From Candidatus Parvarchaeota archaeon (GTDB taxonomy: Archaea > Nanobdellota > Nanobdellia > Parvarchaeales > Parvarchaeaceae): a stretch of DNA of 64,000 bases. This document shows, one piece after another, positions 38,199-48,501 of the stretch (its first letter is position 1; each line of letters opens with the position of its first letter). The DNA lies in NCBI GenBank assembly GCA_023380585.1, contig JAMCRN010000009.1:2524-66523 (forward strand). The letters run 5' to 3'. Under the pieces are notes generated by a model, which was not told where the DNA came from, did no database searches, and saw nothing but the letters and a program-made list of their open reading frames with translations. A program made the translations under genes and the position numbers.

Positions 38199-39293
38199 AT
38201 GGAAAGGACTGGTCCGCTTATCCTTGTTTTGGCCATGATAGTCCTATTTTTTACTTTCAGTGCTTCCAATGCGACTTCTCTACAGTTCTCCTTCTCTGTC
38301 ATGAACAGGACAGTACAGATGAATCAAAATCTGTTTTTCAACGTATCTGTATCGTCTCCGGCAAGCGTAAACTATACTATATACCTCAATTCCACGCCTG
38401 TGCACAGCGGCACAATACCTGCTAACAGCACAGGGTACGCGATAATAAAATACAACGTATCAAATAGGCTTTATGGAGAGTATTCTTCGTCCGCCGTCTT
38501 CTCCGGCGTCTCCTATCCGATAAAAAGTGATTTTGATACATACATAGCGCCCCATCCATCATTTTCATTTTTTAACCCTTCCAATATAACGCCTTTCTTC
38601 AATGGTTCAGCCAAGCTAAACATAACTCTTTTAGACACAGGGAATACGCCCCTGGAGATGACATGGTCGATACCTTCCATCTCCGGCATCGACTTCAGTC
38701 TGGATTACCATCAGTCTTTCTCTATATCCCCTTCGGAGATTTACAGCATCCCTATAAATCTTTCCCTATCCCAAAATTTCCAAAAGAGCCTAAACTTCTC
38801 TTTCTATGGGAGATTCAAAAACAGCACTATAGAGGGAACATATTCGACGGAATTGTTTGTTCCGGCGGTTAATCTGACTTTTCTCAACAGCACAATAAGA
38901 AGACTAAGCGATACGACTTTATTGTACGCGATTTCCTTGGATAATAGAGACAATTCTCCCCTGCCGATAACGATTAACTTCCTGCTGTCTATAAACGGAA
39001 GCTCTTTCTACTATAATAGGTCTTACACTCTTTACCCTGAGAATAAGACGATAGCGGTAGAAGTCCCTTACAGTAAAATAGTTTCCGTTTCAGTCTCTTT
39101 CCTTAACCAATACGGCAAACCGGTAAACGAGGTTGTTTACTCTTATAAACCAGCATATAGCAGTGTTTCGGGCTTTTTTGCGGTTTTTGGGTATCTTATA
39201 TTGACAGGTGCCGTCATAGGGATAATCGTGTTCATGCACTACAATTTCAATAAAAAAGGGGGGAGAAAACGAAGGATATGGAAAAGGCTCTAA
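38199..39293 (+). CDS. cell-surface glycoprotein with signal peptide and C-terminal TM anchor
   Basis: Signal peptide, more than 20 NxS/T sequons, and a C-terminal TM helix followed by KKGGRKRRIWKRL. Confidence 0.55.
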   Translation: MERTGPLILVLAMIVLFFTFSASNATSLQFSFSVMNRTVQMNQNLFFNVSVSSPASVNYTIYLNSTPVHSGTIPANSTGYAIIKYNVSNRLYGEYSSSAVFSGVSYPIKSDFDTYIAPHPSFSFFNPSNITPFFNGSAKLNITLLDTGNTPLEMTWSIPSISGIDFSLDYHQSFSISPSEIYSIPINLSLSQNFQKSLNFSFYGRFKNSTIEGTYSTELFVPAVNLTFLNSTIRRLSDTTLLYAISLDNRDNSPLPITINFLLSINGSSFYYNRSYTLYPENKTIAVEVPYSKIVSVSVSFLNQYGKPVNEVVYSYKPAYSSVSGFFAVFGYLILTGAVIGIIVFMHYNFNKKGGRKRRIWKRL

Positions 39294-40000
39294 AGACTTA
39301 CAAGCTTAAGGCATACTTGGTAAAGGCCTTCGGTTTTGATAAAGAGGATATCCGCACCTTCCTGTATATACTGCTACTGATGAGCATCCTTTTCGCAGTG
39401 GACTTTTATTACTTTGCTTTAACCAGCATACTTACGTATGCTATAATAATAGTGTTATCTGCGGGAGCGATAACATGGGCAAGGTCATTCCTTGGTAAGA
39501 TGATGGATATAAAGGCCACAGTGTCTCCCTGGATAAGCGGTTTTGTGATCTCCGCAGTTGTCACCGTCTTATTCTCAATCGCAGGGATGCCTATACTGGT
39601 GCCTGTCATAAGCTCTAGTGAGCATAGAAGGGCTCTTACACTAAAAGGCATGAAAAAAGGAGAAGTCAATATACACGAAAGCTGGTCGTTTTCCATGTTT
39701 TCTTCGATGGTCATAGTGCTTTTCGGGCTTCTTTTCGTCTCATTATGGGTAAAATTTCACAATCCTGGCTTTATGGCAGCGGGGTCGTTTTTATTGTTCT
39801 ATGTCCTCATTAGCTTTCTGCCACAGAACCGCTTTGACGGGGCCTTTCTGGCGTACCATAACCTGCCAATGTATATTATAATCTTTGTGTTTCTGCTCAT
39901 CATAACGTTTACTGCCATATTTTATTTCCTTGCGGCGTTTATAGCCTTCCTTGTCTTCGCATCCTTCTCCTTTATTTCCCTTAAAATGAAACTTTGGTAA
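39278..40000 (+). CDS. polytopic membrane protein
   Basis: Six or seven TM helices. Confidence 0.45.
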   Translation: MEKALKTYKLKAYLVKAFGFDKEDIRTFLYILLLMSILFAVDFYYFALTSILTYAIIIVLSAGAITWARSFLGKMMDIKATVSPWISGFVISAVVTVLFSIAGMPILVPVISSSEHRRALTLKGMKKGEVNIHESWSFSMFSSMVIVLFGLLFVSLWVKFHNPGFMAAGSFLLFYVLISFLPQNRFDGAFLAYHNLPMYIIIFVFLLIITFTAIFYFLAAFIAFLVFASFSFISLKMKLW

Positions 40001-40129
40001 AGCTGAAAGACTGCTGGTTTTTGCCGGAAAAATGGTGTTATAACGCTGATAACACGTTTTCAGTAAGTTTTTCGAGAACCGATAACCATTTATATAACGA
40101 CGTTATATTTATATCTGAAGTCAAATACT

Positions 40130-40504
40130 TTGATTTGTATGGCAGATTTGTTTTGCAGCAAGACCATCGGTGAGATACTACCGTCTGTGAGGTCACTTGT
40201 CGCTAACAGGCTTCTCGAGGCAGGGTTGACGCAGAAGGAAGTATCATCCAAATTGGGTATAACCCAGCCTGCTATTTCCCAGTACAAGAAAGGGTTGCGC
40301 GGGAGCATGGTAAGGGACATGGCAGGAAGCGAGACCATGTTAAAGTACATAGATACTTTAGTAAAGCAGACAATCGAAGGCAAAATCGATCTTAATACAA
40401 AGATATGCGAAATGTGCAAAGTGACCAGGGAAAGCGGCATAATAAAGCTTGAAGAAATGGACCCATTCCTGTGCATACTCGAGATAGCAAAAAAGGCGAT
40501 ATGA
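40130..40504 (+). CDS. HTH transcriptional regulator upstream of sufCBD
   Basis: HTH VSSKLGITQPAISQYKKG and a C-terminal CEMC...C. Confidence 0.5.
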   Translation: MICMADLFCSKTIGEILPSVRSLVANRLLEAGLTQKEVSSKLGITQPAISQYKKGLRGSMVRDMAGSETMLKYIDTLVKQTIEGKIDLNTKICEMCKVTRESGIIKLEEMDPFLCILEIAKKAI

Positions 40505-41244
40505 CGTCGGAATTGGGCATAAACGGATTGAATGTCAGTGTAAACGGGAACCTTATACTCAAAGGCATAAATCTAGCTGTAAAAACAGGAGAACTGCACA
40601 TAGTGATGGGACCGAATGGCAGTGGCAAGAGTACGCTATCAAACACTATACTCGGCAGTCCTAAATTCAAGGTCGAATCCGGCAGCATCAAGCTGGACGG
40701 CGGAGAGATAAGCGGGTTAAAACCAGACGAGAGGGCCAGATTAGGGCTTTTCCTGGCGTTTCAGGAACCAGTCAGCATCTCAGGTGTCAACGTGCTAAGC
40801 TTTCTTAGGACCGCATATACTAAACTCAATCCGTCTGATAAGAATATTGATGATTTAAAGGTAAAAGTATCAAAGGTAATAAGTAAACTCGGACTTTCCG
40901 AAGAATTCCTTAAGAGGAGCCTGAATGAAGGGTTCTCAGGCGGAGAGAAGAAACGCCTTGAGATAGCGCAGCTGATTTTATTTAGGCCCAAAATAGCTAT
41001 ACTGGATGAAGTCGACTCCGGCCTCGACATGGACAGCCTGAGGATCCTCGGCGATGCAATAAACTCTCTTAAAAAAGAGAGCGGCGTGCTTCTCGTCACA
41101 CACTACGAGCGGATATTCGATTACATAAAACCAGATTTCATACACGTTTTGATGGATGGGAAAATAGTAGGGTCAGGAGGTATGGAGGTTCTACAAAACA
41201 TAAAAGAAAAAACTTATTCCTTCTACAAAAACGAGGCCGCATGA
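40471..41244 (+). CDS. sufC: Fe-S cluster assembly ATPase SufC
   Basis: Walker A GPNGSGKST and the ABC signature LSGGEKKRLEIAQL. Confidence 0.9.
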   Translation: MHTRDSKKGDMTSELGINGLNVSVNGNLILKGINLAVKTGELHIVMGPNGSGKSTLSNTILGSPKFKVESGSIKLDGGEISGLKPDERARLGLFLAFQEPVSISGVNVLSFLRTAYTKLNPSDKNIDDLKVKVSKVISKLGLSEEFLKRSLNEGFSGGEKKRLEIAQLILFRPKIAILDEVDSGLDMDSLRILGDAINSLKKESGVLLVTHYERIFDYIKPDFIHVLMDGKIVGSGGMEVLQNIKEKTYSFYKNEAA

Positions 41245-42632
41245 AAGAGAAATTTGAAGTCGATTACACAAAATACGAGTTCAAGAACCCCGTTAACTAC
41301 GAGGTGGTCTTCGAGAAAGGTTTGTCCGAGTCGACAGTAACGGCGATATCAGAGCTTAAAAAAGAGCCGGATTGGATGAGAGAGTTCAGATTAAACGCAT
41401 ACAAGTTCTTTATAAGAAGACCAATGCCGAAATGGGGGGCCGATCTATCAAGTATAGACTTCAATGAGATACGCTATTATATGAAACCGACAGAAAAGGC
41501 CACAAACTGGGAGGATCTGCCAAGTGACATAAGGATGACATATGAAAGGCTGGGAATACCTGAGGCCGAAAAGAAGGTCTTGTCTGGGGTGGAGGTAATG
41601 TACGAGAGCGAAGTAGTCTATAATCGTGTCAGGAAGGACTTGGAGGAGCTCGGAGTCATCTTCTGCGACACGGACACCGCCCTCAGAGAGCATCCCGATC
41701 TGGTTAAAAAATATATAGGACATGTGATATCTCCCAATGACAACAAATTCGCCGCCTTGAATTCTGCGGTCTGGTCCGGCGGTTCTTTCATATACGTGCC
41801 AAAGGGGGTAAAAGTCCCTATGCCACTGCAGGCGTACTTCCGGATAAACGCAGCCAACGTCGGGCAGTTCGAAAGGACATTGATAATCGCAGACGAGGGA
41901 GCGGATGTAGTTTATATAGAGGGATGCTCTGCGCCGATATATTCCAAAGAGTCTCTGCATGCTGCGGTAGTAGAGATAGTCGCGCATAAGAATTCCCACG
42001 TCAAGTACATAACAATACAAAACTGGTCAAGCGACGTATACAATCTAGTCACAAAAAGGGCATTCGCATACGAGAACGCTTTTGTCGAATGGATAGACGC
42101 GAATATAGGCTCTAGGATAACGGAAAAGTATCCGTCCGTTTATATGTTGGAGCCAGGCGCAAAAGCGAATGTGCTGTCAATCGCATTCGCTAATAAAGGC
42201 CAGCACCAAGACACAGGGTCAAAAGCTGTCCATCTGTCAAGGGACACAAGCTCGACTATAACGTCCAAATCAATATGCGTGAACGGTGGAAGGACCACGT
42301 ACAGGGGGCTGGTGAAAGTCATAAAGGGAGCCAAGGATGTGAAATCTGCAGTCCGCTGCGACGCACTCATCTTAGATGATAAGTCGAGGACTGACACTTA
42401 TCCGTATATGGAGGTTGACGAGGAAGAGTCGACTATAACGCACGAAGCTTCGGTGGGGAAGATAGGCGAGGAGCAATTGTTCTACTTGACTTCTAGGGGC
42501 ATACCAGAACAGGAAGCGATAAACATGATAGTCCTCGGTTTTCTGGGAGAATTTATAAAAGAGCTGCCGCTAGAATTCGCTTTAGAGTTCAATAGGCTCG
42601 TCAAATTAAACATGGAGGGCTCCGTAGGATGA
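41241..42632 (+). CDS. sufB: Fe-S cluster assembly protein SufB
   Basis: SufB/SufD beta-helix family; about 463 aa, with conserved C-terminal blocks. Confidence 0.9.
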   Translation: MKEKFEVDYTKYEFKNPVNYEVVFEKGLSESTVTAISELKKEPDWMREFRLNAYKFFIRRPMPKWGADLSSIDFNEIRYYMKPTEKATNWEDLPSDIRMTYERLGIPEAEKKVLSGVEVMYESEVVYNRVRKDLEELGVIFCDTDTALREHPDLVKKYIGHVISPNDNKFAALNSAVWSGGSFIYVPKGVKVPMPLQAYFRINAANVGQFERTLIIADEGADVVYIEGCSAPIYSKESLHAAVVEIVAHKNSHVKYITIQNWSSDVYNLVTKRAFAYENAFVEWIDANIGSRITEKYPSVYMLEPGAKANVLSIAFANKGQHQDTGSKAVHLSRDTSSTITSKSICVNGGRTTYRGLVKVIKGAKDVKSAVRCDALILDDKSRTDTYPYMEVDEEESTITHEASVGKIGEEQLFYLTSRGIPEQEAINMIVLGFLGEFIKELPLEFALEFNRLVKLNMEGSVG

Positions 42633-43942
42633 CTGTAGACGATTTTACGGAAGACAGATTAGTAAGACTTTCTCAAGAGAGATCGGAAGAGGCTTGGCTT
42701 AAAAATTTCCGTGTTAATGCTCTGAGAAGTTACAAGGCCACTCCCGAAGAAAAAAACGAGATGCTAAAGAAGTACTCTGATGGAATAGATTATAGCGGTA
42801 TAGTAGAGGGTGCTTCCCAGATGCAGCGTTCCGATAAAATCATAGCACCAGAGATTAAAAATTGTGTGTTCATAGATGGGCACTCTTATTACAAGAATAT
42901 AGATTCTGTCGGCATAGACATAGACGATGACTTCGACTTTTCTTCCTATGAGAAAATGGATTACAATAACCAAGACCGCTCTTCTTATCTTATAGACGCG
43001 TTCTTCAACAGTCTAACGATAATCCGCGTAAAAAAAGAGTATAACGGTGGGCCAGTAAGACAGATATTCAGCCTAGACGGCAAAAACACAGTCTTGAACA
43101 AGACTGTGATAATCACAGATGAGGATAGCAGCATAGACCTGATACAAGAGATATACTCAAAAGGAGAAACCAGAAACCATTTCGGCAATAACATCTCCAT
43201 ATATTCAGAGAAGGGTTCAAAAGTTAGGTTTACATCCATACAAAACCTGAAGGGATCAGAACATATAATACTGAACAAGAAAATATACACGCATGGTTCC
43301 GCAGAACTTACGGCATTGAACCTAGGAGGGGAGAGGATACGAAGCAGAGCGAGCATAAATCTTCTGTCAGAGGGCTCGTCCTTCGCAGCTGGCGACGGAT
43401 TTTTCGGGTCTGGTTCGCAGTATATGGATTCTTTTATACTACTAAGGCATATGGCCAAGTCAACGAACAGCACTTTCCATTCAAGATCCGTACTGGACGG
43501 CCGCTCGAAAGCGGTCTCCAAAGGGATAATAAAATTGGAAAAGCCGGCAGCGAAGTCGAACGCTTTTTTGGTTGAGCATTCGCTACTGCTGAACAAGGAG
43601 GCCAGGACTAATGCAGTGCCAAGCCTCGAAATAGAGACGGACGATGTAAAGGCCACCCATTCTGCATCTTCTCATCCTCTTGACAAGGACCAGGTCTTCT
43701 ACCTGATGTCTAGGGGATTGGATAGAGAGGAGGCAGAAAACGAGATAGCGATGGGTTTTATCTGGCCGGTCATCAGTCATATAAAGAGTAAAAACTTGAT
43801 AACTCACATATACAATCTGTTGAGGGATAAAAGAAAAGGCACTGGCACTGCAGAAGGGTTCGCTGACATTACAGATTATCTTGGAAACCAGGGCGATTCA
43901 CTGGAAAGCGGGATATTCGTCGGGCATTATAAATACCGCTGA
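42629..43942 (+). CDS. sufD: Fe-S cluster assembly protein SufD
   Basis: A SufB paralog immediately downstream. Confidence 0.85.
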   Translation: MTVDDFTEDRLVRLSQERSEEAWLKNFRVNALRSYKATPEEKNEMLKKYSDGIDYSGIVEGASQMQRSDKIIAPEIKNCVFIDGHSYYKNIDSVGIDIDDDFDFSSYEKMDYNNQDRSSYLIDAFFNSLTIIRVKKEYNGGPVRQIFSLDGKNTVLNKTVIITDEDSSIDLIQEIYSKGETRNHFGNNISIYSEKGSKVRFTSIQNLKGSEHIILNKKIYTHGSAELTALNLGGERIRSRASINLLSEGSSFAAGDGFFGSGSQYMDSFILLRHMAKSTNSTFHSRSVLDGRSKAVSKGIIKLEKPAAKSNAFLVEHSLLLNKEARTNAVPSLEIETDDVKATHSASSHPLDKDQVFYLMSRGLDREEAENEIAMGFIWPVISHIKSKNLITHIYNLLRDKRKGTGTAEGFADITDYLGNQGDSLESGIFVGHYKYR

Positions 43943-43977
43943 TATTAAGTAAACAGGAGGAAGTCAGAGTCCGCATC

Positions 43978-44634
43978 ATGGGAGTGATATTCGATTTAGA
44001 CGGTACATTGATAGACAGTCTAAGCTTGCACGCAAGGCTTCTGAAGAAAGGGCTTGATTCAGTCTTGGGTCAGGATATAGTGGAGTACAACACAGTCGAA
44101 AAGTTCATATGTTACCCGACTTCCTTCTTTTTCAGAATACTCCGTACGAAGTACGGCATAGACATATCCAGTAAAAAAACGGCAGAGATAATGCAGATAA
44201 AAGACGACGCGTTTAGAAGAAGAGACATAGAAAAAGTAAAGGTGTTCCCATACGTAAGGGATACTTTTAAGTTCCTCAAATCAAAAAATGTTAAGTTATG
44301 CATAGCCACTTCCATGAACACTAGAGCCTTGAAAAAATTCTCCCCAATACTGAAGCTCAGGTCGCTGTCGAAAGTAATAATAAACTCCCCTTCCTTCTTC
44401 TACGAGAAACCCAACCCATACATATTAAACAAGGCTATAAGGGAATTAAAGATGGATAGAGCGAAGACGGCATACGTAGGCGACAGCCCTGCAGACAGAG
44501 AGGCTGCGTCCAATGCAGGGATAAGTTTCATAGGAGTATTCAATAGTGCACTCGCCGGGCATGGACGTTTTTTCGAGGATTTCAATGGATTGCTTTCTTA
44601 TTTAAGAGAAACATATAAGGATTTTTTGGATTAG
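43978..44634 (+). CDS. HAD-superfamily hydrolase
   Basis: GVIFDLDGTLID and GDSPADREAA. Confidence 0.75.
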   Translation: MGVIFDLDGTLIDSLSLHARLLKKGLDSVLGQDIVEYNTVEKFICYPTSFFFRILRTKYGIDISSKKTAEIMQIKDDAFRRRDIEKVKVFPYVRDTFKFLKSKNVKLCIATSMNTRALKKFSPILKLRSLSKVIINSPSFFYEKPNPYILNKAIRELKMDRAKTAYVGDSPADREAASNAGISFIGVFNSALAGHGRFFEDFNGLLSYLRETYKDFLD

Positions 44635-44683
44635 CGACCGGCTCCAAAGAAGATATTTAAACTACAAGAAATTATCGATATGG

Positions 44684-45619
44684 ATGTTAGGCGAGAAAGT
44701 ACAAAATATAAACATAGAAGGCGGCGAAACAGTAAAATCTCTTTTCAAAAAATTTTCTGTATCTGGCGGATTTTCGTCTAAAAAGCTTGCCCAGGCTTCT
44801 GAGATACTCATGGATATGGGCAAAGACAAAGAATGTGTTAAGTTCCTGTCTTTCCCAGCGGACATAGTGTCTACTGGCACACGTGGCGTCATAAAGGATA
44901 TGGTAAAGAACAGGATGGTAGACATCATAATAACTACATGCGGAACGCTCGACCACGACCTCGCTAGGATCTGGAAGGACTACTACAGCGGCAACGAATA
45001 TGCAGATGATGTGCATCTGCACAATGCCGGCATAAACCGTCTTTACAATATTTTCATACCGAATGAAAGTTATGGCCTCATCCTGGAGGAGAAATTGCTG
45101 CCGATATTAAAGGCGGCGTCAGAAAATAAGAAGGAATATTCTACGCACGAACTTATAAGTTTCGTCGGGGAGAGTATAAGCAGAGAAGAGCACGCGGAGG
45201 ATTCAATAATCTATTGGGCCTGGAAAAATAAGGTGCCAGTTATAGTACCTGGGATAATGGATGGCAGTTTCGGATCACAATTGTGGTTCTTTGCCCAGAG
45301 AGAAAAAGAATTTAGAGTGGACCTGATCGCCGATGAAAACATGCTGTCAGACACAGTTTTCAAGGCAAAGAAGAGCGGGGCGCTGATGATTGGCGGAGGG
45401 ATATCAAAACACCACACTATATGGTGGAACCAGTTTAAGAACGGGCTCGATTACGCCGTCTACATAACCACAGCGGTAGACTGGGATGGTAGCCTGTCAG
45501 GTGCTAAATTGAACGAGGCCGTCTCTTGGGGCAAAGTAAAACCAAAGGCAAAACAAGTGACTGTGGAAGGCGACGCAACGGTTCTTCTGCCGCTACTGTA
45601 TGCGTCTGTAATAAATTGA
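44684..45619 (+). CDS. dys: deoxyhypusine synthase
   Basis: FLSFPADIVSTGTRGVIKDMVKNRMVDIIITTCGTLDHDL and the GGGISKHH active-site Lys region. Confidence 0.7.
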   Translation: MLGEKVQNINIEGGETVKSLFKKFSVSGGFSSKKLAQASEILMDMGKDKECVKFLSFPADIVSTGTRGVIKDMVKNRMVDIIITTCGTLDHDLARIWKDYYSGNEYADDVHLHNAGINRLYNIFIPNESYGLILEEKLLPILKAASENKKEYSTHELISFVGESISREEHAEDSIIYWAWKNKVPVIVPGIMDGSFGSQLWFFAQREKEFRVDLIADENMLSDTVFKAKKSGALMIGGGISKHHTIWWNQFKNGLDYAVYITTAVDWDGSLSGAKLNEAVSWGKVKPKAKQVTVEGDATVLLPLLYASVIN

Positions 45620-45629
45620 GGAGGAGAAT

Positions 45630-45920
45630 ATGAAAATAAGTGAAGTAAAGGAAGGAATGAATGACGTAAGCATTTCTGGAGAAATAACAGAGATTTCAGA
45701 GCCCAGGGAGGTGCTAACCAGGTTCGGTAACAGCTCCGTCGCTACTGCAAAAGTAAAAGACGAGGATGGTGTTATATCATTGTCCTTGTGGGGCAAGCAG
45801 ATATCCATGTTCAAGGTAGGGGACCGTATAGAAATAACGGGCGGGTACACCAAATCGTTCAGAGGAGAAGTACAGATAAATGTAGGAAAATCAGGCTCGA
45901 TAAAGAAAATAGAAAACTGA
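45630..45920 (+). CDS. single OB-fold ssDNA-binding protein (RPA/SSB-like)
   Basis: A 96-aa protein with an OB-fold pattern. Confidence 0.55.
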   Translation: MKISEVKEGMNDVSISGEITEISEPREVLTRFGNSSVATAKVKDEDGVISLSLWGKQISMFKVGDRIEITGGYTKSFRGEVQINVGKSGSIKKIEN

Positions 45921-46820
45921 TCAAAGAGCGTATACAAACGGCTTTATATCCTTTGCGTTTATAGATAGATTGTCATTAAATTTGTTAGCCGAACCTGTAA
46001 TCTCAACATGGATGAGGCCATAGCTTATATCATTTATTTTTCTGATCGTGTCTTCTTCTCCTGACATGTCAAGAAGTTTCCTAGCCGATCTATCAAAAAA
46101 AGAAACCCTTATGCTAGACAGCCCATCATCCAATATCCCGCTTATCATCAATATTTTTGATATCGCCTTATCCCCATGTAAATCGCACACTCTGTCGACT
46201 TTCTTTTTACATATATCACATCGCACAAGGTATACGTTATTGGAGAAAAGTCTCGTTATAAACCCCCTCAAGCGATAAAGTTTTTCACTATCCTTTACAT
46301 CTTTTATAGCGACGAAAGAATCTACCGGCTTGTTATCAACCTTCTTTTTTATCGCAATGGCGCTTCCGTTCCCTAGGTTTAGCTCTATTTCATTGTTGAA
46401 TTTATTAACCCTTGAATAAGCATTTGCTATTGAAATCTCGTCTCCTTCCGCAGATTCGTTTATAATCTTGTTTATTATGTTTTCGTCCCAGATTGTAATT
46501 CCGATAGAGCCAGTATCATCCTCTATGTTTATCCTCAAGACCTTTGCATTTCTACCGTGAACAATAACTGTTCTAGGCTCGAACTTTCTCTTCATTATAG
46601 CAGTCAGGTTTATGTGTTTTATCTCTTCGGCTATATCCTTTATCTTGTATTCTCTTCTGATCGGCAGGACACCCATTTCAGTTGCGATCATCCTCTCAGC
46701 TGCATTCTTTGTCAATGAAGGGAATTCGTTCATCTTCTTCTCTACCAAAAAAAGCACCTTTTCTCTATCCATCCCGGTTTTCTTCTCTATGCTTTCAAGC
46801 AGCCAGCCATCATCTTCCAT
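45921..46820 (-). CDS. replication protein A-like ssDNA-binding protein with OB folds and C4 zinc ribbon
   Basis: The CDICKKKVDRVCDLHGDK zinc ribbon embedded between OB folds. Confidence 0.6.
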   Translation of the reverse strand: MEDDGWLLESIEKKTGMDREKVLFLVEKKMNEFPSLTKNAAERMIATEMGVLPIRREYKIKDIAEEIKHINLTAIMKRKFEPRTVIVHGRNAKVLRINIEDDTGSIGITIWDENIINKIINESAEGDEISIANAYSRVNKFNNEIELNLGNGSAIAIKKKVDNKPVDSFVAIKDVKDSEKLYRLRGFITRLFSNNVYLVRCDICKKKVDRVCDLHGDKAISKILMISGILDDGLSSIRVSFFDRSARKLLDMSGEEDTIRKINDISYGLIHVEITGSANKFNDNLSINAKDIKPFVYAL

Positions 46821-48090
46821 ACTTTAGGACCTTATTCATCAATTTCTTGAGTCTTGCCATAGACTTATAATTATTGCCTTCGTAGTACGCACGTATAATC
46901 GGCTCCGTGTTGGACTTTCTGAAGAGCATAAAGCCGTCTTCTGTATCTATTCTTATGCCATCTAATTTGTTGACTTTGCCAAGCTTGGAAGAGGATTTTA
47001 TTATCCGTTTCATGCTTGCTTCCCTGATTTTTTCTGAACCGTATTTTAAATTATAATTCCCATAATATATTTTTGGTATCTCTTCTGCCAGTTCGCTTAA
47101 TTTCACGCCACTATCTCTTACTATTTTTAGCATCAGTAGCGATGCTAGAAGTCCGTCAGAAAATGGGTAATAAGATCCAAAATAGAAATGCGATGAGGTT
47201 TCTACGCCAAAATCATGGCCCTTTCTGCCCAACGGTACCTCTATGAAAGGCCTGCCGACTTTCGTATATGTGACCTTAGCATACTTTTCAAGCATAGGCG
47301 AGCAGGAAACCGTCGCGAGTATCTTTTTGAATTTAAGATTCTTTACAAAAATCGCAGCTGTGGTCATTGGGTCTATAAACCTGCCGCGTTCATCTCTGAC
47401 TATCATCCTATCACCATCTCCATCTAGTTGGAACCCCAAGTCTAATTTTTCTTTTCTTATCAATCTGCCAAGGCTATCAGAATTTGTTTTTGTTGGTTCA
47501 GGTGTCTTCCCGAAGAAATTCTGACTGACTTTATCATGCACGGAAAATACCTTTGAGTGTAAGTCTGTCAGCATTCTCGGGAAAATGAACGTGGTTGCGC
47601 CGCCCATCCCATCAAATCCCACTTTTAAATCAAGTTTCCCTACATCTTTTGTTATATAATCTATATATTCTTGCTGGTAATTTGAAGGTATCAGCCTGCC
47701 CAATTTTTCTTTAAAACCGCCACTGAGAAATGCCTTCTTCGTCTGCGTCGGGGAAACTCCAATGCCTTTGTGATATACGAGTATCCCTGTATATTCCGGC
47801 GGATTATGAGACGCTGTTATAGAAACACCATAACATTTTTCCGAAAAGGAAGCAAATGCAGCTACAGTTATCGGATTCATACCAAGCTCAAAGACCGCAG
47901 CACCAGAAAGCATTAATCCACTGACAAATTCATTTCTGATTCTAATGCTTCCAAGTCGGGTGTCGTGATTTACGAATATTTTCTCTCCATGAAGATACGA
48001 GCCTATCGCCCGCCCTATTTTAAATGCTTTGTCCTCATCTATCTCCTCTGGATAGACACCACGTATGTCGTACTCTTTGAATATGTCCAT
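46810..48090 (-). CDS. phosphoglucomutase/phosphomannomutase family (or phosphoglucosamine mutase)
   Basis: GVSITASHNPPEYTG is the phosphoserine loop. DGDGDR is the Mg site. Confidence 0.85.
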   Translation of the reverse strand: MDIFKEYDIRGVYPEEIDEDKAFKIGRAIGSYLHGEKIFVNHDTRLGSIRIRNEFVSGLMLSGAAVFELGMNPITVAAFASFSEKCYGVSITASHNPPEYTGILVYHKGIGVSPTQTKKAFLSGGFKEKLGRLIPSNYQQEYIDYITKDVGKLDLKVGFDGMGGATTFIFPRMLTDLHSKVFSVHDKVSQNFFGKTPEPTKTNSDSLGRLIRKEKLDLGFQLDGDGDRMIVRDERGRFIDPMTTAAIFVKNLKFKKILATVSCSPMLEKYAKVTYTKVGRPFIEVPLGRKGHDFGVETSSHFYFGSYYPFSDGLLASLLMLKIVRDSGVKLSELAEEIPKIYYGNYNLKYGSEKIREASMKRIIKSSSKLGKVNKLDGIRIDTEDGFMLFRKSNTEPIIRAYYEGNNYKSMARLKKLMNKVLKYGR

Positions 48091-48126
48091 ATAGATTAAC
48101 AGAATACATATTTATTTAAATTACGG

Positions 48127-48498
48127 TTGATTTATAGATTTAAAGATATGGAGCAAAAAGGGGTTTTTCCTTTCCCTTTCACAAGAGAAAGTATAACTAA
48201 AAAAGAAGAACCGAAAAAAGTGACGGACCTTTCGAGTATATCAGCATCGAAGGGAAAAGAATTTATATTTAGGCTCAGAAACGGAAAAGAGGTCGGTAGA
48301 GCCGGCAACCTAGCAGAGTTCGCTTCTAAGATTAGGACAGTTCCTTTGGAATCAATAGAATACCACTTCTCAGGGCGCCATTTCACGCCGTGGTTAAACG
48401 ACCTAAAACAAATAAAAGTAGCGCACGAGATAGAACAAATCAAACTCAGCGGCGAAAAATTGAGACAGAGTATACTTGACATACTTAGCAGAATATAA
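48127..48498 (+). CDS. hypothetical protein
   Basis: A 123-aa ORF in a codirectional gene run. Confidence 0.4.
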   Translation: MIYRFKDMEQKGVFPFPFTRESITKKEEPKKVTDLSSISASKGKEFIFRLRNGKEVGRAGNLAEFASKIRTVPLESIEYHFSGRHFTPWLNDLKQIKVAHEIEQIKLSGEKLRQSILDILSRI

Positions 48499-48501
48499 AA
48501 G

